64,000 nt of DNA, taken from assembly GCA_034439575.1 (NCBI GenBank), contig JAWXAQ010000007.1:32001-96000 (forward strand), in the 5' to 3' direction. Both the position numbers and the translations under genes were made by a program. Shown piece after piece: positions 51,338 through 61,057 of the stretch. Numbering within the stretch: the first letter of the stretch is position 1; each line of letters opens with the position of its first letter. The DNA is from Leptospira sp. (lineage in GTDB: Bacteria; Spirochaetota; Leptospiria; Leptospirales; Leptospiraceae). Below the pieces are notes generated by a model. The model worked only from the letters and a program-made list of their open reading frames with translations. It was not told the origin of the DNA and ran no database searches.

Positions 51338-51628
51338 ATGAACTCGTTTCGATTCCTAATCTTTTTTTCACTTACTTCACTTACCCTGTTTTTTTCGCTC
51401 AACGCACAAGAAAACCCTAGCCCGAAAGAACTCATCAGCCAAGACAAAATGGAATGTTATTCCATTCCGACTGAAATAGATAACTTAGACTACCAAAAGT
51501 CTGTTAAATGCATCACAAAAGATGCTATCTGTTATATTATCCAAGGATTTGCGATGAGTTGCATTCCCCGTTCAGGAAAATACCCTGCAGAGATTCCCGA
51601 CCTAACGCCGAAACCTGTTTATCCATAA
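51338..51628 (+). CDS. Small secreted four-Cys hypothetical protein
   Basis: AGGA upstream; signal peptide ..FFSLNA-QE; four Cys; stop 5 nt before the next gene. Confidence 0.65.
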   Translation: MNSFRFLIFFSLTSLTLFFSLNAQENPSPKELISQDKMECYSIPTEIDNLDYQKSVKCITKDAICYIIQGFAMSCIPRSGKYPAEIPDLTPKPVYP

Positions 51629-51633
51629 TCATT

Positions 51634-52575
51634 ATGAAAATCAAAACAAAAATTACCGAAATGCTGAAGATAGATCTTCCTATCATCGCAGCACCGATGT
51701 TCCTCGTATCCTATCCAGAACTAGTTGTAGCCGTATCAGAAGCAGGTGGGATTGGATGTTTTCCTTCTTTAAACTATAGGACACCCGAACAGCTGAAAGA
51801 TGGATTAGAAGAAATTCGATCCAAAACAAAAAAACCGATCGGTGTTAATTTAATATTACATAAAGAACACAATCCAAATTGGGCAAAACAATTTGAAGTC
51901 TGCATGCAAATGAAAGTAGAGCTCATTATCACAAGTCTTGGGACACCTCGTACCATTGCTAAAGAAATTAAAGCGAATGGTTCGACTTTATTTTGTGATG
52001 TGACAACCCTCAAACATGCAAACATCGTCGCCAAATCAGGAGCAGATGCACTCATCGCCGTCGCACAGGGAGCAGGTGGCCATGCTGGTAATATCACTCC
52101 TTTTGCTCTCATTCCCTATCTCAAAAAAGAAACAGGACTTCCCATCATTGCAGCGGGAGCTATTTCTGGCGGAGAACAGATGGCGGCAGCTTTGTCTCTA
52201 GGAGCAGATGCAGTTTATATCGGTACAAAACTTATCGCTACCACGGAGTCAAGAGCCCAAAACGATTATAAACAAATGTTAATCGATTCTGGTCCAGAAG
52301 AGATCGTTTATACGGAAAAAATATCAGGTATTCCTGCGAATTGGTTAGCAAAATCAGTAGAGAAGTCGCCCGACTTACTTGAATCAAGTACTAGAAAAAT
52401 CGCCGAAGGACATGCTGGAGGCGAACAAGCAATAGAACAAGAATACAAACGATGGCGAGATATTTGGTCTGCAGGTCAAGGCGTAGCACAAATTAAAGAT
52501 GTTCGTCCAGCAAAAGATGTGATACATGAAATGGTGAAAGAATATTTAGATGTGATTAGTAAACTTCCCAGATAA
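51634..52575 (+). CDS. Nitronate monooxygenase/FabK-like flavin oxidoreductase
   Basis: PIIAAPM, AVSEAGG.G, GAGGHAG, IAAGAI, LGADAVYIGT, WSAGQG. Confidence 0.92.
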   Translation: MKIKTKITEMLKIDLPIIAAPMFLVSYPELVVAVSEAGGIGCFPSLNYRTPEQLKDGLEEIRSKTKKPIGVNLILHKEHNPNWAKQFEVCMQMKVELIITSLGTPRTIAKEIKANGSTLFCDVTTLKHANIVAKSGADALIAVAQGAGGHAGNITPFALIPYLKKETGLPIIAAGAISGGEQMAAALSLGADAVYIGTKLIATTESRAQNDYKQMLIDSGPEEIVYTEKISGIPANWLAKSVEKSPDLLESSTRKIAEGHAGGEQAIEQEYKRWRDIWSAGQGVAQIKDVRPAKDVIHEMVKEYLDVISKLPR

Positions 52576-52585
52576 GCAGATATTG

Positions 52586-52618
52586 AATAGTTTATTATTA
52601 GGTAAATAATAAACTATT
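52586..52618. terminator. Hairpin between convergent genes, likely a bidirectional terminator
   Basis: Perfect 14-bp inverted repeat AATAGTTTATTATT-N5-AATAATAAACTATT (AT-rich). Confidence 0.6.
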
Positions 52619-52653
52619 GAAATTTTGATACCTAACTCATGCTAAGCGAAAGA

Positions 52654-53940
52654 TTAGTTTCCTTTTAAATTTTTAATCATTTCATCAGTAGCCATATAAT
52701 CATTTGTTTTAAAAATCATATTTTCTTTTGTATCGACTATTAAAAAGAATGGCAATCCGATTTGTAATTCGGGATATCTCGGATCTAAAGAATATGATTC
52801 AAAAATTTTATCAGTATCATAAATTTTCCACAATATTGCATTCTCTTTTAAAGCCTCATTCAATTTAGAATCTGAAAGAGTCAATTTTTGAAATTCTTTG
52901 CAATTCGTACACCAATCTGCATAAAAATCAATAAACACTTTTTTGCCTTCAGCATTTGCCTTTTTAAAAACTTCGTCTTTGTTTCTATACCATACCAAGT
53001 TTCCCGAAATTTCATTTTCCAAGATTTTGGGATTGGACTCTAAACTGTTCACATAACTATACTTTGGTGCAATGACTAAAAAAAGTGCAATACTTAAAAG
53101 TATATTTGTGGCAATAAGTACAGCCTTTTTCATTCGTATGGTGATAAAATCTGAATTACTTTGGATATAAAACGATGCGATTACAATGAGTATCCAAAGG
53201 CCAAAGGCTTTAATGGTGGTTACATTGTCCCATCCCCAAACACCTGCTGCTTTTTGTAAGTAAGTATAGGAAAAAAATAAAATAAGCCCTGCGAGTACGA
53301 ATTGCACATAACGCATCCATTTACCCGACTTTGGCAATGATATCCCAAATACACCAATAGCAAGAAATGGTAAACCCACTCCTAGACCAAAGGCAAACAT
53401 CTTTAGTGCTGTGGCTAGAATTGAAAGAAAACCAATCGATCCATCTGATGAAGAGATAACTTGTAATAAAATAGAAACAACCACAGGGCCAACACATGGC
53501 GAGGATAATAATCCTGCACCCATGCCTAAAAGGAAACTTCCAAAGAAACTTGCAGAATTATGATTTGTTGACCTCTGTGTAAAAATAGGAAGATGTAAAA
53601 ATTCTGCAGATGACAAAGCTAATACAAACAATACATAGGCGAGAAATAAATTTGTTTCTGGATGGCGAAGAATTGAATTGAATATCCCTCCTGTAAAACC
53701 AGCAATGATCCCAAAGATCAAATACATGCTCGCTAATCCAAAATAATAAATAATTGGATGTAACCAACGAATTTTATCAGTTCTGGATTTTAAGATACCC
53801 GCTGTGATCGGATATAAGGGATATACACAAGGCAAAAGACTTGCCAGAAATCCACCTAATACGAGCAAAACGAACAAAAATGGTTGAAATCCATTTCCAA
53901 CTAACTGTGATTCAATATAAGATTGTAATTCAGAATACAT
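52654..53940 (-). CDS. DsbD/CcdA-type transmembrane disulfide reductase with C-terminal thioredoxin domain
   Basis: LLPCVYPLYP and SSPCVGP membrane Cys pair; LPKSG.WM; FIDFYADWCTNCK; no N-terminal Ig domain. Confidence 0.92.
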   Translation of the reverse strand: MYSELQSYIESQLVGNGFQPFLFVLLVLGGFLASLLPCVYPLYPITAGILKSRTDKIRWLHPIIYYFGLASMYLIFGIIAGFTGGIFNSILRHPETNLFLAYVLFVLALSSAEFLHLPIFTQRSTNHNSASFFGSFLLGMGAGLLSSPCVGPVVVSILLQVISSSDGSIGFLSILATALKMFAFGLGVGLPFLAIGVFGISLPKSGKWMRYVQFVLAGLILFFSYTYLQKAAGVWGWDNVTTIKAFGLWILIVIASFYIQSNSDFITIRMKKAVLIATNILLSIALFLVIAPKYSYVNSLESNPKILENEISGNLVWYRNKDEVFKKANAEGKKVFIDFYADWCTNCKEFQKLTLSDSKLNEALKENAILWKIYDTDKIFESYSLDPRYPELQIGLPFFLIVDTKENMIFKTNDYMATDEMIKNLKGN

Positions 53941-53944
53941 AAAA

Positions 53945-55348
53945 TTAGAAAATTAAATTTGCTTTAAGGAAAAAGGATCTTTCGAGTTTTCCATATTCTG
54001 AAATGAGGGGAGCCGAAGGAGTGGAAAATTGAGATCTATAGTCAGAAACTGTCCTTTCATTAGAAAGATTGTCAATATAATACTTATTTGGTGAGCCCTT
54101 CGAATCATACGACCTGGTTTCCATATAACCAAGACCTATACGAGTACTTTCTGAGAAAAAGTATTCCCAATAAACTTGTTTTGAGACATAATATGATTTA
54201 TCGGAGTAAACTGGATCTTTCACGCTATTTAGACTGGAAAGTCGCACCCAAGGCTCTTCTTGAGTCGTTTCTGTGGTCTTTAAGCCAGGATTTGGGCCTC
54301 CATTGGCAATTTCACCCCGAAACACCCAGCGAATAAGTTTAGTGCCCAAACCAAGCCAAGCATAAGCCCCGCGTCCTAATGTTTCATTTATAGGAATAGC
54401 AAATTGAGTTGGTGCCAAGGCATCTGTATATTCGCCACTGAATTTTTTTTTCACCATTCCACCTAGGCCTAAATTCACATATTGTTTCCAAATCACATTA
54501 CCTTCGACTGCATACGTTTGATCTTGTGATAAACGTATGTTTCCACGTAGTTGAGTGTTGGGATTGTTATCAGTGGGTAAACATTTTGTTTTTCCCTCAT
54601 AACATTCGTTACCCGCATAACCAAAGGCATTTCCACGTCTTCCGAGAAAGTGTAGTCCTGTTTTCAGTTCATCTGTCCATTTCTCTTCCCAACTGATTCT
54701 GGCAATGGCATCATACCCAGAATTTGAAGAATTTTGAAGACTTTTATAACCATCTCCATTAACAACCGCTATATGAGTTGATAAAGATTTCCATTGTGCT
54801 AAATAGGACAATCCTAAGTCCACTGGATCGGCTGAAAATGCTAGCGATTCCAAAGGTGATCTATCCATATAACGCCAATCATAATATCCACCCCAAACAG
54901 AGTGCATATGAGGCAGTTCTTGCATTCCGAAAATAAGTCTATGTTGGAAGGAACCTAATTCCCAAAGTTTTTGCACATTGGCACGGCGAATGGTAAATAT
55001 ATGAGGATTTGATTTTGATCCACCTTCTGCATTTGTGTCTGCAGATATGGAATTGCTTTTTACTATTTCACCCCAAAATTCTACTTTGATGCCCGTATTT
55101 TCCCATTCCTTGGAAATCATAAGCATTGTCCAGGGCATAGAAAATCCGGTTTTGTCAGATTGGCTGGTATCAGAAACGCCTGAGGCTTTATCGCGTACTC
55201 GATAACCAAACGTCGGTGTTAAGATAGCACCTACTTTTAATCCATAATAGCCATCTGGTTCATCTTTTTTTGTGGTGATAACCTCATCTGCAAATAACGC
55301 AAATGAGGTGAAGAGAGATGCAAATAAAAGTAAAAAAAATCTAATCAC
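53945..55348 (-). CDS. Putative outer-membrane beta-barrel (porin-like) protein
   Basis: Signal peptide ..FALFA-DE; amphipathic aromatic strands; IRRANVQ, NGDG; C-terminal FFLKANLIF ending in Phe. Confidence 0.72.
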   Translation of the reverse strand: MIRFFLLLFASLFTSFALFADEVITTKKDEPDGYYGLKVGAILTPTFGYRVRDKASGVSDTSQSDKTGFSMPWTMLMISKEWENTGIKVEFWGEIVKSNSISADTNAEGGSKSNPHIFTIRRANVQKLWELGSFQHRLIFGMQELPHMHSVWGGYYDWRYMDRSPLESLAFSADPVDLGLSYLAQWKSLSTHIAVVNGDGYKSLQNSSNSGYDAIARISWEEKWTDELKTGLHFLGRRGNAFGYAGNECYEGKTKCLPTDNNPNTQLRGNIRLSQDQTYAVEGNVIWKQYVNLGLGGMVKKKFSGEYTDALAPTQFAIPINETLGRGAYAWLGLGTKLIRWVFRGEIANGGPNPGLKTTETTQEEPWVRLSSLNSVKDPVYSDKSYYVSKQVYWEYFFSESTRIGLGYMETRSYDSKGSPNKYYIDNLSNERTVSDYRSQFSTPSAPLISEYGKLERSFFLKANLIF

Positions 55349-56046
55349 TATTTTCCATATTTTTCATCTGCTATACGATCTTTTGCTTCCCAACCAATTG
55401 GTTTGTGGCAAGAAAGACAACTAGATAGCATAGGAACAGTTTTCATTTTTTTCTGAAAATCAAGTGTAGCGCCGTCTTTGGTAATTAAACCCTTATATTC
55501 ATTTTTCTCAATATCAGACATACCTTCAGTAACGCCAGCACCGCTTCCTTTTTCAAAAACAGAACCATTCACATCTACTTTGCCTTCGCATACACAAGTG
55601 TAGGTTTTCTTTTCTTTTGCTATAAAGTAAACGCCAAATGCTGTTCCCCTAACGCCTGCTGTTGATGTTGGTGAAGATACTTCAAAGTTTCCTTTTTTGA
55701 AATCTTTGACTTTAAACCAAGCGGAACCATTTTCAACAAATGCTTTGGATACTTGTTTTTTTGTGTCCCATTCTTTTAAAGCAAAAGTTGTGTTTGGTTG
55801 GATGCGGAATTCTGTTTCTTTATAAATTAAGTCTACTTTGGATCCGTTTCCAGTCTTAAGAGTATCACCAGGTTTGATGACATCATTGACTTTGAAAGCT
55901 TTCCAAAGTTTGGAAGTATCACCCGCCGATAAAACTGTGACCTTTCCTTTTACAAAGCCTGCTATAGCATAGTCCTCAGCATTGAGACTTGTTAATCCAA
56001 TGCTGATTGCGAATATTAATTTAAATCCGATTAGTTGGTTCTTCAT
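55348..56046 (-). CDS. Secreted FecR-domain protein with C-terminal CxxCH motif
   Basis: Signal peptide; GD.LKTG..S, G.AWF.V, F.V.SP...AGVRGTAF, VCEGKV.V; CLSCH at 55405-55419. Confidence 0.88.
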   Translation of the reverse strand: MKNQLIGFKLIFAISIGLTSLNAEDYAIAGFVKGKVTVLSAGDTSKLWKAFKVNDVIKPGDTLKTGNGSKVDLIYKETEFRIQPNTTFALKEWDTKKQVSKAFVENGSAWFKVKDFKKGNFEVSSPTSTAGVRGTAFGVYFIAKEKKTYTCVCEGKVDVNGSVFEKGSGAGVTEGMSDIEKNEYKGLITKDGATLDFQKKMKTVPMLSSCLSCHKPIGWEAKDRIADEKYGK

Positions 56047-56112
56047 GAAGTGTTATCCTACAAAGAACTTAACAAACTTATCAAGAAATTTTTTCATCTG
56101 CATTTTGCTATA

Positions 56113-57039
56113 TTATGTCCAAGGGATCGGGAAACCGAGATGTACCAGTTTTGACTCCAATTCATCACGTTCTCGACTCTTTTTACTCGTACTACCATTT
56201 TCATCCAGTAGTCCAAATTCTTTTGCGGCGGCGATGGCACCTGACTTGCCTGATTGATTGTATGCAGAAATTATTTTTTTGTCATACTGTGTGAGAAAAA
56301 GAGATTGAACTCTGTAATCCAAAAAAGCTTCCCAAGCATAAGGAACCCATTTACTTACAATTTCATCTCCGATAACTGTAGCAAATTTTCGTATCTCTAA
56401 TTGCGCATGATCATCCATTCGAAGTGCGAGAAAATGAAATAAGTTATGAAGGTCAACTTTCCAATAAGCTTCAGTGTATGTTGCTAATGGTAAATCTTTC
56501 CTTGCTTGTTCTCTCGCAACACCGAGATCCAAACGTTCTTGGTACAAAGAATTAGCTAACGCTTGTAATTCGGTTTCTTTTTTTGTAAGCAGAGTTCCTG
56601 TTTCTAAATTTAAAAATCCATCACTACCTTGTTTATTTCCAACTGATTGAACTCTCCACTCTGATGGCTTTGTCGTTTGTGCAGAATCAATTGCTACAGA
56701 ATACCTTGTAGAGTATTCATTGACATTTGCAGTCCTATGTCGTATCCACTGACGCCATGTATCCATGGGAACTCTTACATGAAATTTGATTTCACACATC
56801 TCGAAGGGAGTGCTATGTCGATGACGCATCAAGTAACGAACCAAACCTCGATCTTCATTTACTTTTTTTGTTCCTTTTCCGTACGAAACGCGCGCGGCTT
56901 GAACAATCGATTCATCTGAACCCATGTAATCAACAAGTCTGACAAAACCATCGTCCAATACAGGAAAGGCTTTTCCCAGGATAGAATCTAGGGAAGGTAC
57001 GGAAGCTCGAGAAATAGGTTCAAAATCAGTTTGTTGCAT
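56113..57039 (-). CDS. thyX: FAD-dependent thymidylate synthase
   Basis: AARVSY, H.TPFE, RQWIRHRTANVNEYSTRY, REQAR..LP, HAQ.EIR. Confidence 0.96.
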   Translation of the reverse strand: MQQTDFEPISRASVPSLDSILGKAFPVLDDGFVRLVDYMGSDESIVQAARVSYGKGTKKVNEDRGLVRYLMRHRHSTPFEMCEIKFHVRVPMDTWRQWIRHRTANVNEYSTRYSVAIDSAQTTKPSEWRVQSVGNKQGSDGFLNLETGTLLTKKETELQALANSLYQERLDLGVAREQARKDLPLATYTEAYWKVDLHNLFHFLALRMDDHAQLEIRKFATVIGDEIVSKWVPYAWEAFLDYRVQSLFLTQYDKKIISAYNQSGKSGAIAAAKEFGLLDENGSTSKKSRERDELESKLVHLGFPIPWT

Positions 57040-57117
57040 ATATCTTTATTTTTTAGTTCCAAGCCTCCTGAAAAGTCGAAAATAGGTAAAAGCGATCATA
57101 GTTTAGAAGGATGCTGA

Positions 57118-58998
57118 ATGGCCCTTGAAGAAATTCCCTTTTGGGAAGACCGACAGATCAAAAATTCCTCACGAGATTCGAGTAAGAGTCTGATGGTGAG
57201 CCCCGATAAAATATTTATATTCCCTGTCACCAAACCAGTATTTCAATTTTTAGAAAACATTTGGCAATCCTTTACAAATAAGATGGTTTCACTCGTTCAT
57301 TTTGATGATGAACCGGTGTTTAGTTTTTCTATCTTTGAAGTGATTGACCAAGACCAGATGAAAATCGTCGCTACGGCAACTCACTTCAAATTAAAAGAAA
57401 TCGCGGAAAGAAGAAAGATCCCTGGCATAGATGAATATATGGAAAAAGCTCGGCCAATTCCATTAAGTGATCCACGCAACGAATCTGCTCGTTTCCTTCA
57501 AAAAGCGATCATAGATTACAACAAAGGTTTAAGACCTGAAATTCAAATTGTAAATCTCAAAGAATCCGAAATTCATCCAGAGAAAAAAGTTTTGCTTTCC
57601 GAAACTATGAATTTTGCAGTCGGCTTACCATTGTTTGTAAATGATACTCCTATTGGTATCTTATGGGGCATCACAAAAGATCCGATCCCAGAGGACAAAA
57701 TTCGTCCTCTTATGCTTCAGTTATATTCTCTCTTTGATGTCATAGATTTTGTCGTCGGTAAAGAATCCGATGCAGGCAATGATTATTATATTGCTCAAAA
57801 GAATATAGAGAAAGCAGACACAGTTTCCAATTCGCGTAACTTATTTTATACGACAACAAAAGACCAAAAAGAACCTGTTACTTCCATTATTTTCAAATCA
57901 CATCAGTACAATATGGAATATAGGATGGATGCATCCTTTATCATTCCAACAACTGAAGGTTATGCGGTTTCTTTAAAAAGTTTTACACCTGAAAAACTAA
58001 ATAATACAGGAAAAAATTTACTCTTGATTCCAGGATTTTTCTGTCGCAGATCTGTGATGGACAAATTGGGCAAAGAACTGGCGTTAAAGTATGGATTTCG
58101 TGTATTTCTTATGGATATGCGCGGTAGATCCAGACAAACTATGCCTAGGCATGGAAAAAAAGAAGGTTGGACGGTAGACAATTATATCCAAGACGACTTT
58201 CCTGAAGTATTGCGATGGATCCGTTGGCATTATCGAAGTGAAAAGACTGTTGTTATAGGTCATAGTATGGGTGGCATGATCCCCCGTTTTTATGCATCCT
58301 CTTATGATATCATTAAAGACATCAAGGAAGAATTCAATCTCCCGAGACCTGAAGATCACATAGCAGGTATTGTTTCGATTACTTCGCCTAACTATATTAG
58401 TCTCAAATCAAATTTTATCGGTCTAGATACAATCAAAAAAGGTTTTGGTTTAATGCCGCACAAAATGATCTCTGATATGATATTGAGCATGGCATCATTT
58501 TCCATGCAGGCAACAATACAAACCATTGACTTAAAGAAGTTTTTTAAATTTTTACTAAACTTACATTCTAGCCTTAGATCATTTAGTTACAATTTGGGAA
58601 CTCGAGTGCTCACTATCAAAGACTTTGTGGGGTATAAAGAAATTACACCACCTGAATGGTATTTTCTCATGGAAGACGTGTTTTGCGAAGAATCGGTTTC
58701 CGTGATTATGCAATTTTTCCAAAGCCAAATTTCTAATGAGAGAAGTTTTCTATCTAATGATGGTAAGATCAATTATACAAAAAATTTCATCGATAATTTT
58801 AATCTACCGATTTACAGTGTGATCGGAACTGTCGATCAAATCTGTCCCGAAGATTCCTTGGAAGATTTGGGTATATTGAAATCTGAAAATAAAGTGATCA
58901 CCAAATACGAGCAAGGTCATTTAGGAATTATTTTTCATAATGAAACAGTTCGTAAAATTTGTGAAGGTGTGAACGATTGGATTTTAAAGTTAAATTAA
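57118..58998 (+). CDS. Alpha/beta hydrolase with an N-terminal GAF-like region
   Basis: LLIPGF, DMRGR, GHSMGG nucleophile, G.VD.IC, GHLG; N-terminal AVGLPLFVNDTPIGIL is GAF-like. Confidence 0.85.
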   Translation: MALEEIPFWEDRQIKNSSRDSSKSLMVSPDKIFIFPVTKPVFQFLENIWQSFTNKMVSLVHFDDEPVFSFSIFEVIDQDQMKIVATATHFKLKEIAERRKIPGIDEYMEKARPIPLSDPRNESARFLQKAIIDYNKGLRPEIQIVNLKESEIHPEKKVLLSETMNFAVGLPLFVNDTPIGILWGITKDPIPEDKIRPLMLQLYSLFDVIDFVVGKESDAGNDYYIAQKNIEKADTVSNSRNLFYTTTKDQKEPVTSIIFKSHQYNMEYRMDASFIIPTTEGYAVSLKSFTPEKLNNTGKNLLLIPGFFCRRSVMDKLGKELALKYGFRVFLMDMRGRSRQTMPRHGKKEGWTVDNYIQDDFPEVLRWIRWHYRSEKTVVIGHSMGGMIPRFYASSYDIIKDIKEEFNLPRPEDHIAGIVSITSPNYISLKSNFIGLDTIKKGFGLMPHKMISDMILSMASFSMQATIQTIDLKKFFKFLLNLHSSLRSFSYNLGTRVLTIKDFVGYKEITPPEWYFLMEDVFCEESVSVIMQFFQSQISNERSFLSNDGKINYTKNFIDNFNLPIYSVIGTVDQICPEDSLEDLGILKSENKVITKYEQGHLGIIFHNETVRKICEGVNDWILKLN

Positions 58999-59022
58999 AT
59001 TTAATTTAAAGTCTAAGTGAAT

Positions 59023-59553
59023 TTAATTTTTAATTCTCTCTCGCACAAAATTTCTTAAAAAATCAAGTTCTTGTTGGAGAGTACTATCTCTTCCAGCAAG
59101 AAAAAAGGCTCCTCTAAGTAAGGGGCTAACGATCTCAGTTTCCTCGGTGACTCTCACAAGAGCATTTCCATTTTTGTTTGTTAATTCATAAGTCCATTTG
59201 CCTAGCATCTTATAACTAGATTCAAATAATATGACTTCCAGTTTTACATTGGGGACAAATTCCCCTCTTCGAAATTTCATATAACCACCCATATCAGGTA
59301 TCTCTTTCCAGACGGAAACCAAACCTTGTGGGTCCTTTTCAATGATCTCAACAGAGACAACTTCCTTACGACGATTCGGGATTGATTCTACATCTATCAA
59401 ATAAGTCCAAATTTGTTCCGGTGTCGCATTAAATACCTCCTCAACGGAATTTTTGTATTTTGTATCCTGGGCGAATCCTAATCCCAAAAATACAGCAACT
59501 AAACCAATCAATGCAAAGGAAATTCCGAGTGAAAATTTTAATGTTCGAGGCAT
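59023..59553 (-). CDS. SRPBCC/START-like protein with N-terminal membrane anchor
   Basis: NATPEQIW..L.D....P..R..V, G.W.YEL......VRVTE. Confidence 0.8.
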   Translation of the reverse strand: MPRTLKFSLGISFALIGLVAVFLGLGFAQDTKYKNSVEEVFNATPEQIWTYLIDVESIPNRRKEVVSVEIIEKDPQGLVSVWKEIPDMGGYMKFRRGEFVPNVKLEVILFESSYKMLGKWTYELTNKNGNALVRVTEETEIVSPLLRGAFFLAGRDSTLQQELDFLRNFVRERIKN

Positions 59554-59604
59554 GATTTTTATTCTTGCAGAATCTTTTTTCTGGCAACAAACTTAATATC
59601 CACA

Positions 59605-60081
59605 ATGCACTCTAATGAAGATTTAATCACAAAATTTTATACGGCTTTCCAAACAAAAGATGGAAACACTATGGCAAATTCATACCACGCAGATGCGACT
59701 TTTTCTGACCCTGTTTTTAAAGACCTAAAGGGAAAAGAAGTAGGTGCTATGTGGTTAATGTTAGTTGAAAAAAGTCAAAATTTGACAATTCGATTTTCTA
59801 ATGTGAAAGCTGATGACACAAAAGGATCCGCGGATTGGGAAGCGGATTACAGCTTTAGCAAAACGGGTAGAATGGTGAACAATAGAATCCATGCAGAGTT
59901 TACATTTTTAGACGGAAAGATTAAAACACATAAAGACAGTTTTAGTCTATGGAAATGGGCAGGCATGGCAATGGGTACAGTTGGTACATTCCTTGGATGG
60001 CTACCATCTGTTCAAAACAAAATCAGAAAAGAAGCCATGACTGGTCTTGCGATGTATATGAAACGCAAAAAAATCAGCTAA
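59605..60081 (+). CDS. NTF2/SnoaL-like protein
   Basis: FY.AF...D...M...Y..DA.F.DP.F, W.A.Y.F..TGR.V.N, F.DGKI..H.D.F. Confidence 0.9.
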   Translation: MHSNEDLITKFYTAFQTKDGNTMANSYHADATFSDPVFKDLKGKEVGAMWLMLVEKSQNLTIRFSNVKADDTKGSADWEADYSFSKTGRMVNNRIHAEFTFLDGKIKTHKDSFSLWKWAGMAMGTVGTFLGWLPSVQNKIRKEAMTGLAMYMKRKKIS

Positions 60082-60097
60082 ACGAAAGTAAGGTGGT

Positions 60098-60451
60098 CTA
60101 TTTGGGCATATTAGATAGGCCACCAGCATTTGTAACGTCTGTAAATCCAATAGATTCTAAATATGATTTTGCGCTTCCACTTCGCCCACCTGACGCACAG
60201 TAAACGATAATTGGTTTATCTTTTTGTCCAAATTCGTCCAATCTTTTTTCTAATTGGTCCACTGGGATGTTTAATGCTCCAGGATAATGCCCTGATTGGT
60301 ATTCGGCAGGCGTCCTGACATCCACAACCAATGCCCCCCCAGAAATTTTTTCTTTAACTTTGCCAGTATCTATACTCAATACAGATTTAAATCGATTGAA
60401 TAATAAAATCACGAGAATTAAACCCAGCGCGATAAAAAAATATTTATTCAT
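60098..60451 (-). CDS. Rhodanese-like protein
   Basis: VDVRTPAEY..GH.PGA.NIP, YCASGGRS; N-terminal TM. Confidence 0.93.
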   Translation of the reverse strand: MNKYFFIALGLILVILLFNRFKSVLSIDTGKVKEKISGGALVVDVRTPAEYQSGHYPGALNIPVDQLEKRLDEFGQKDKPIIVYCASGGRSGSAKSYLESIGFTDVTNAGGLSNMPK

Positions 60452-61056
60452 ACATCCTCTACTTTATTCTTAAATACGAATGAAGGTTCTTTGTCTTTGT
60501 ACATTTGACGATAAAAACAAGAATAATACCCAGTATGGCAGGCCGCACCCAGCTGTTCTGTTTTATAAATGATATAAAATGGGGAAGTAGAAAGCACAAT
60601 AGAACGAAGATTTTGAAGGTGTCCTGACTCCTCTCCTTTTACCCATTTTTTGTTCCTTGAGCGACTATAATAAGTACCATGTCCTGATTCAATTGCTTGC
60701 TCGATTGATTCAGGTTTTCCCCAGGCTAACATCAAGGGAGAGCCATTCAAATCAATAGCAAGAATGGGAAATAGAGAAGGTGCAATTTTTATAAACGAAT
60801 TTATCTCATCTTCTGCTATTGATAATGTTTTGTTTTCCCAAAGAGTAACCAATGCATCAGCTATAGCGAGATTTTCTCTTTGAATTAAAAACGTATCATC
60901 ATCACAGTCTGCAAATATTTCAGAATTTACATTCTCGATAACACTTGTTAACTCTCGTTTTGCATCGTCCTCATTAAAAACTCTCAATCGAAATGCTCCA
61001 TTAGCGTCTTTTTCGATGATTGTTATATCAGTATTTTTAGATAACTTTAGTTCCAT
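60448..61056 (-). CDS. hisI: Phosphoribosyl-AMP cyclohydrolase with N-terminal duplicated half-domain
   Basis: LMLAW, YYSRSR..W.KGE.SG..Q, ACHTGYYSCF; DCDDD lies in the N-terminal extension. Start MELK, just after the upstream stop. Confidence 0.85.
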   Translation of the reverse strand: MELKLSKNTDITIIEKDANGAFRLRVFNEDDAKRELTSVIENVNSEIFADCDDDTFLIQRENLAIADALVTLWENKTLSIAEDEINSFIKIAPSLFPILAIDLNGSPLMLAWGKPESIEQAIESGHGTYYSRSRNKKWVKGEESGHLQNLRSIVLSTSPFYIIYKTEQLGAACHTGYYSCFYRQMYKDKEPSFVFKNKVEDV

Positions 61057-61057
61057 A

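Noticed and set aside
58990-59009. Perfect 20-bp palindrome TTAAATTAAATTTAATTTAA at a convergent gene junction
   Set aside because: Only A/T with no loop; low complexity, plausible by chance, so not called as a terminator.
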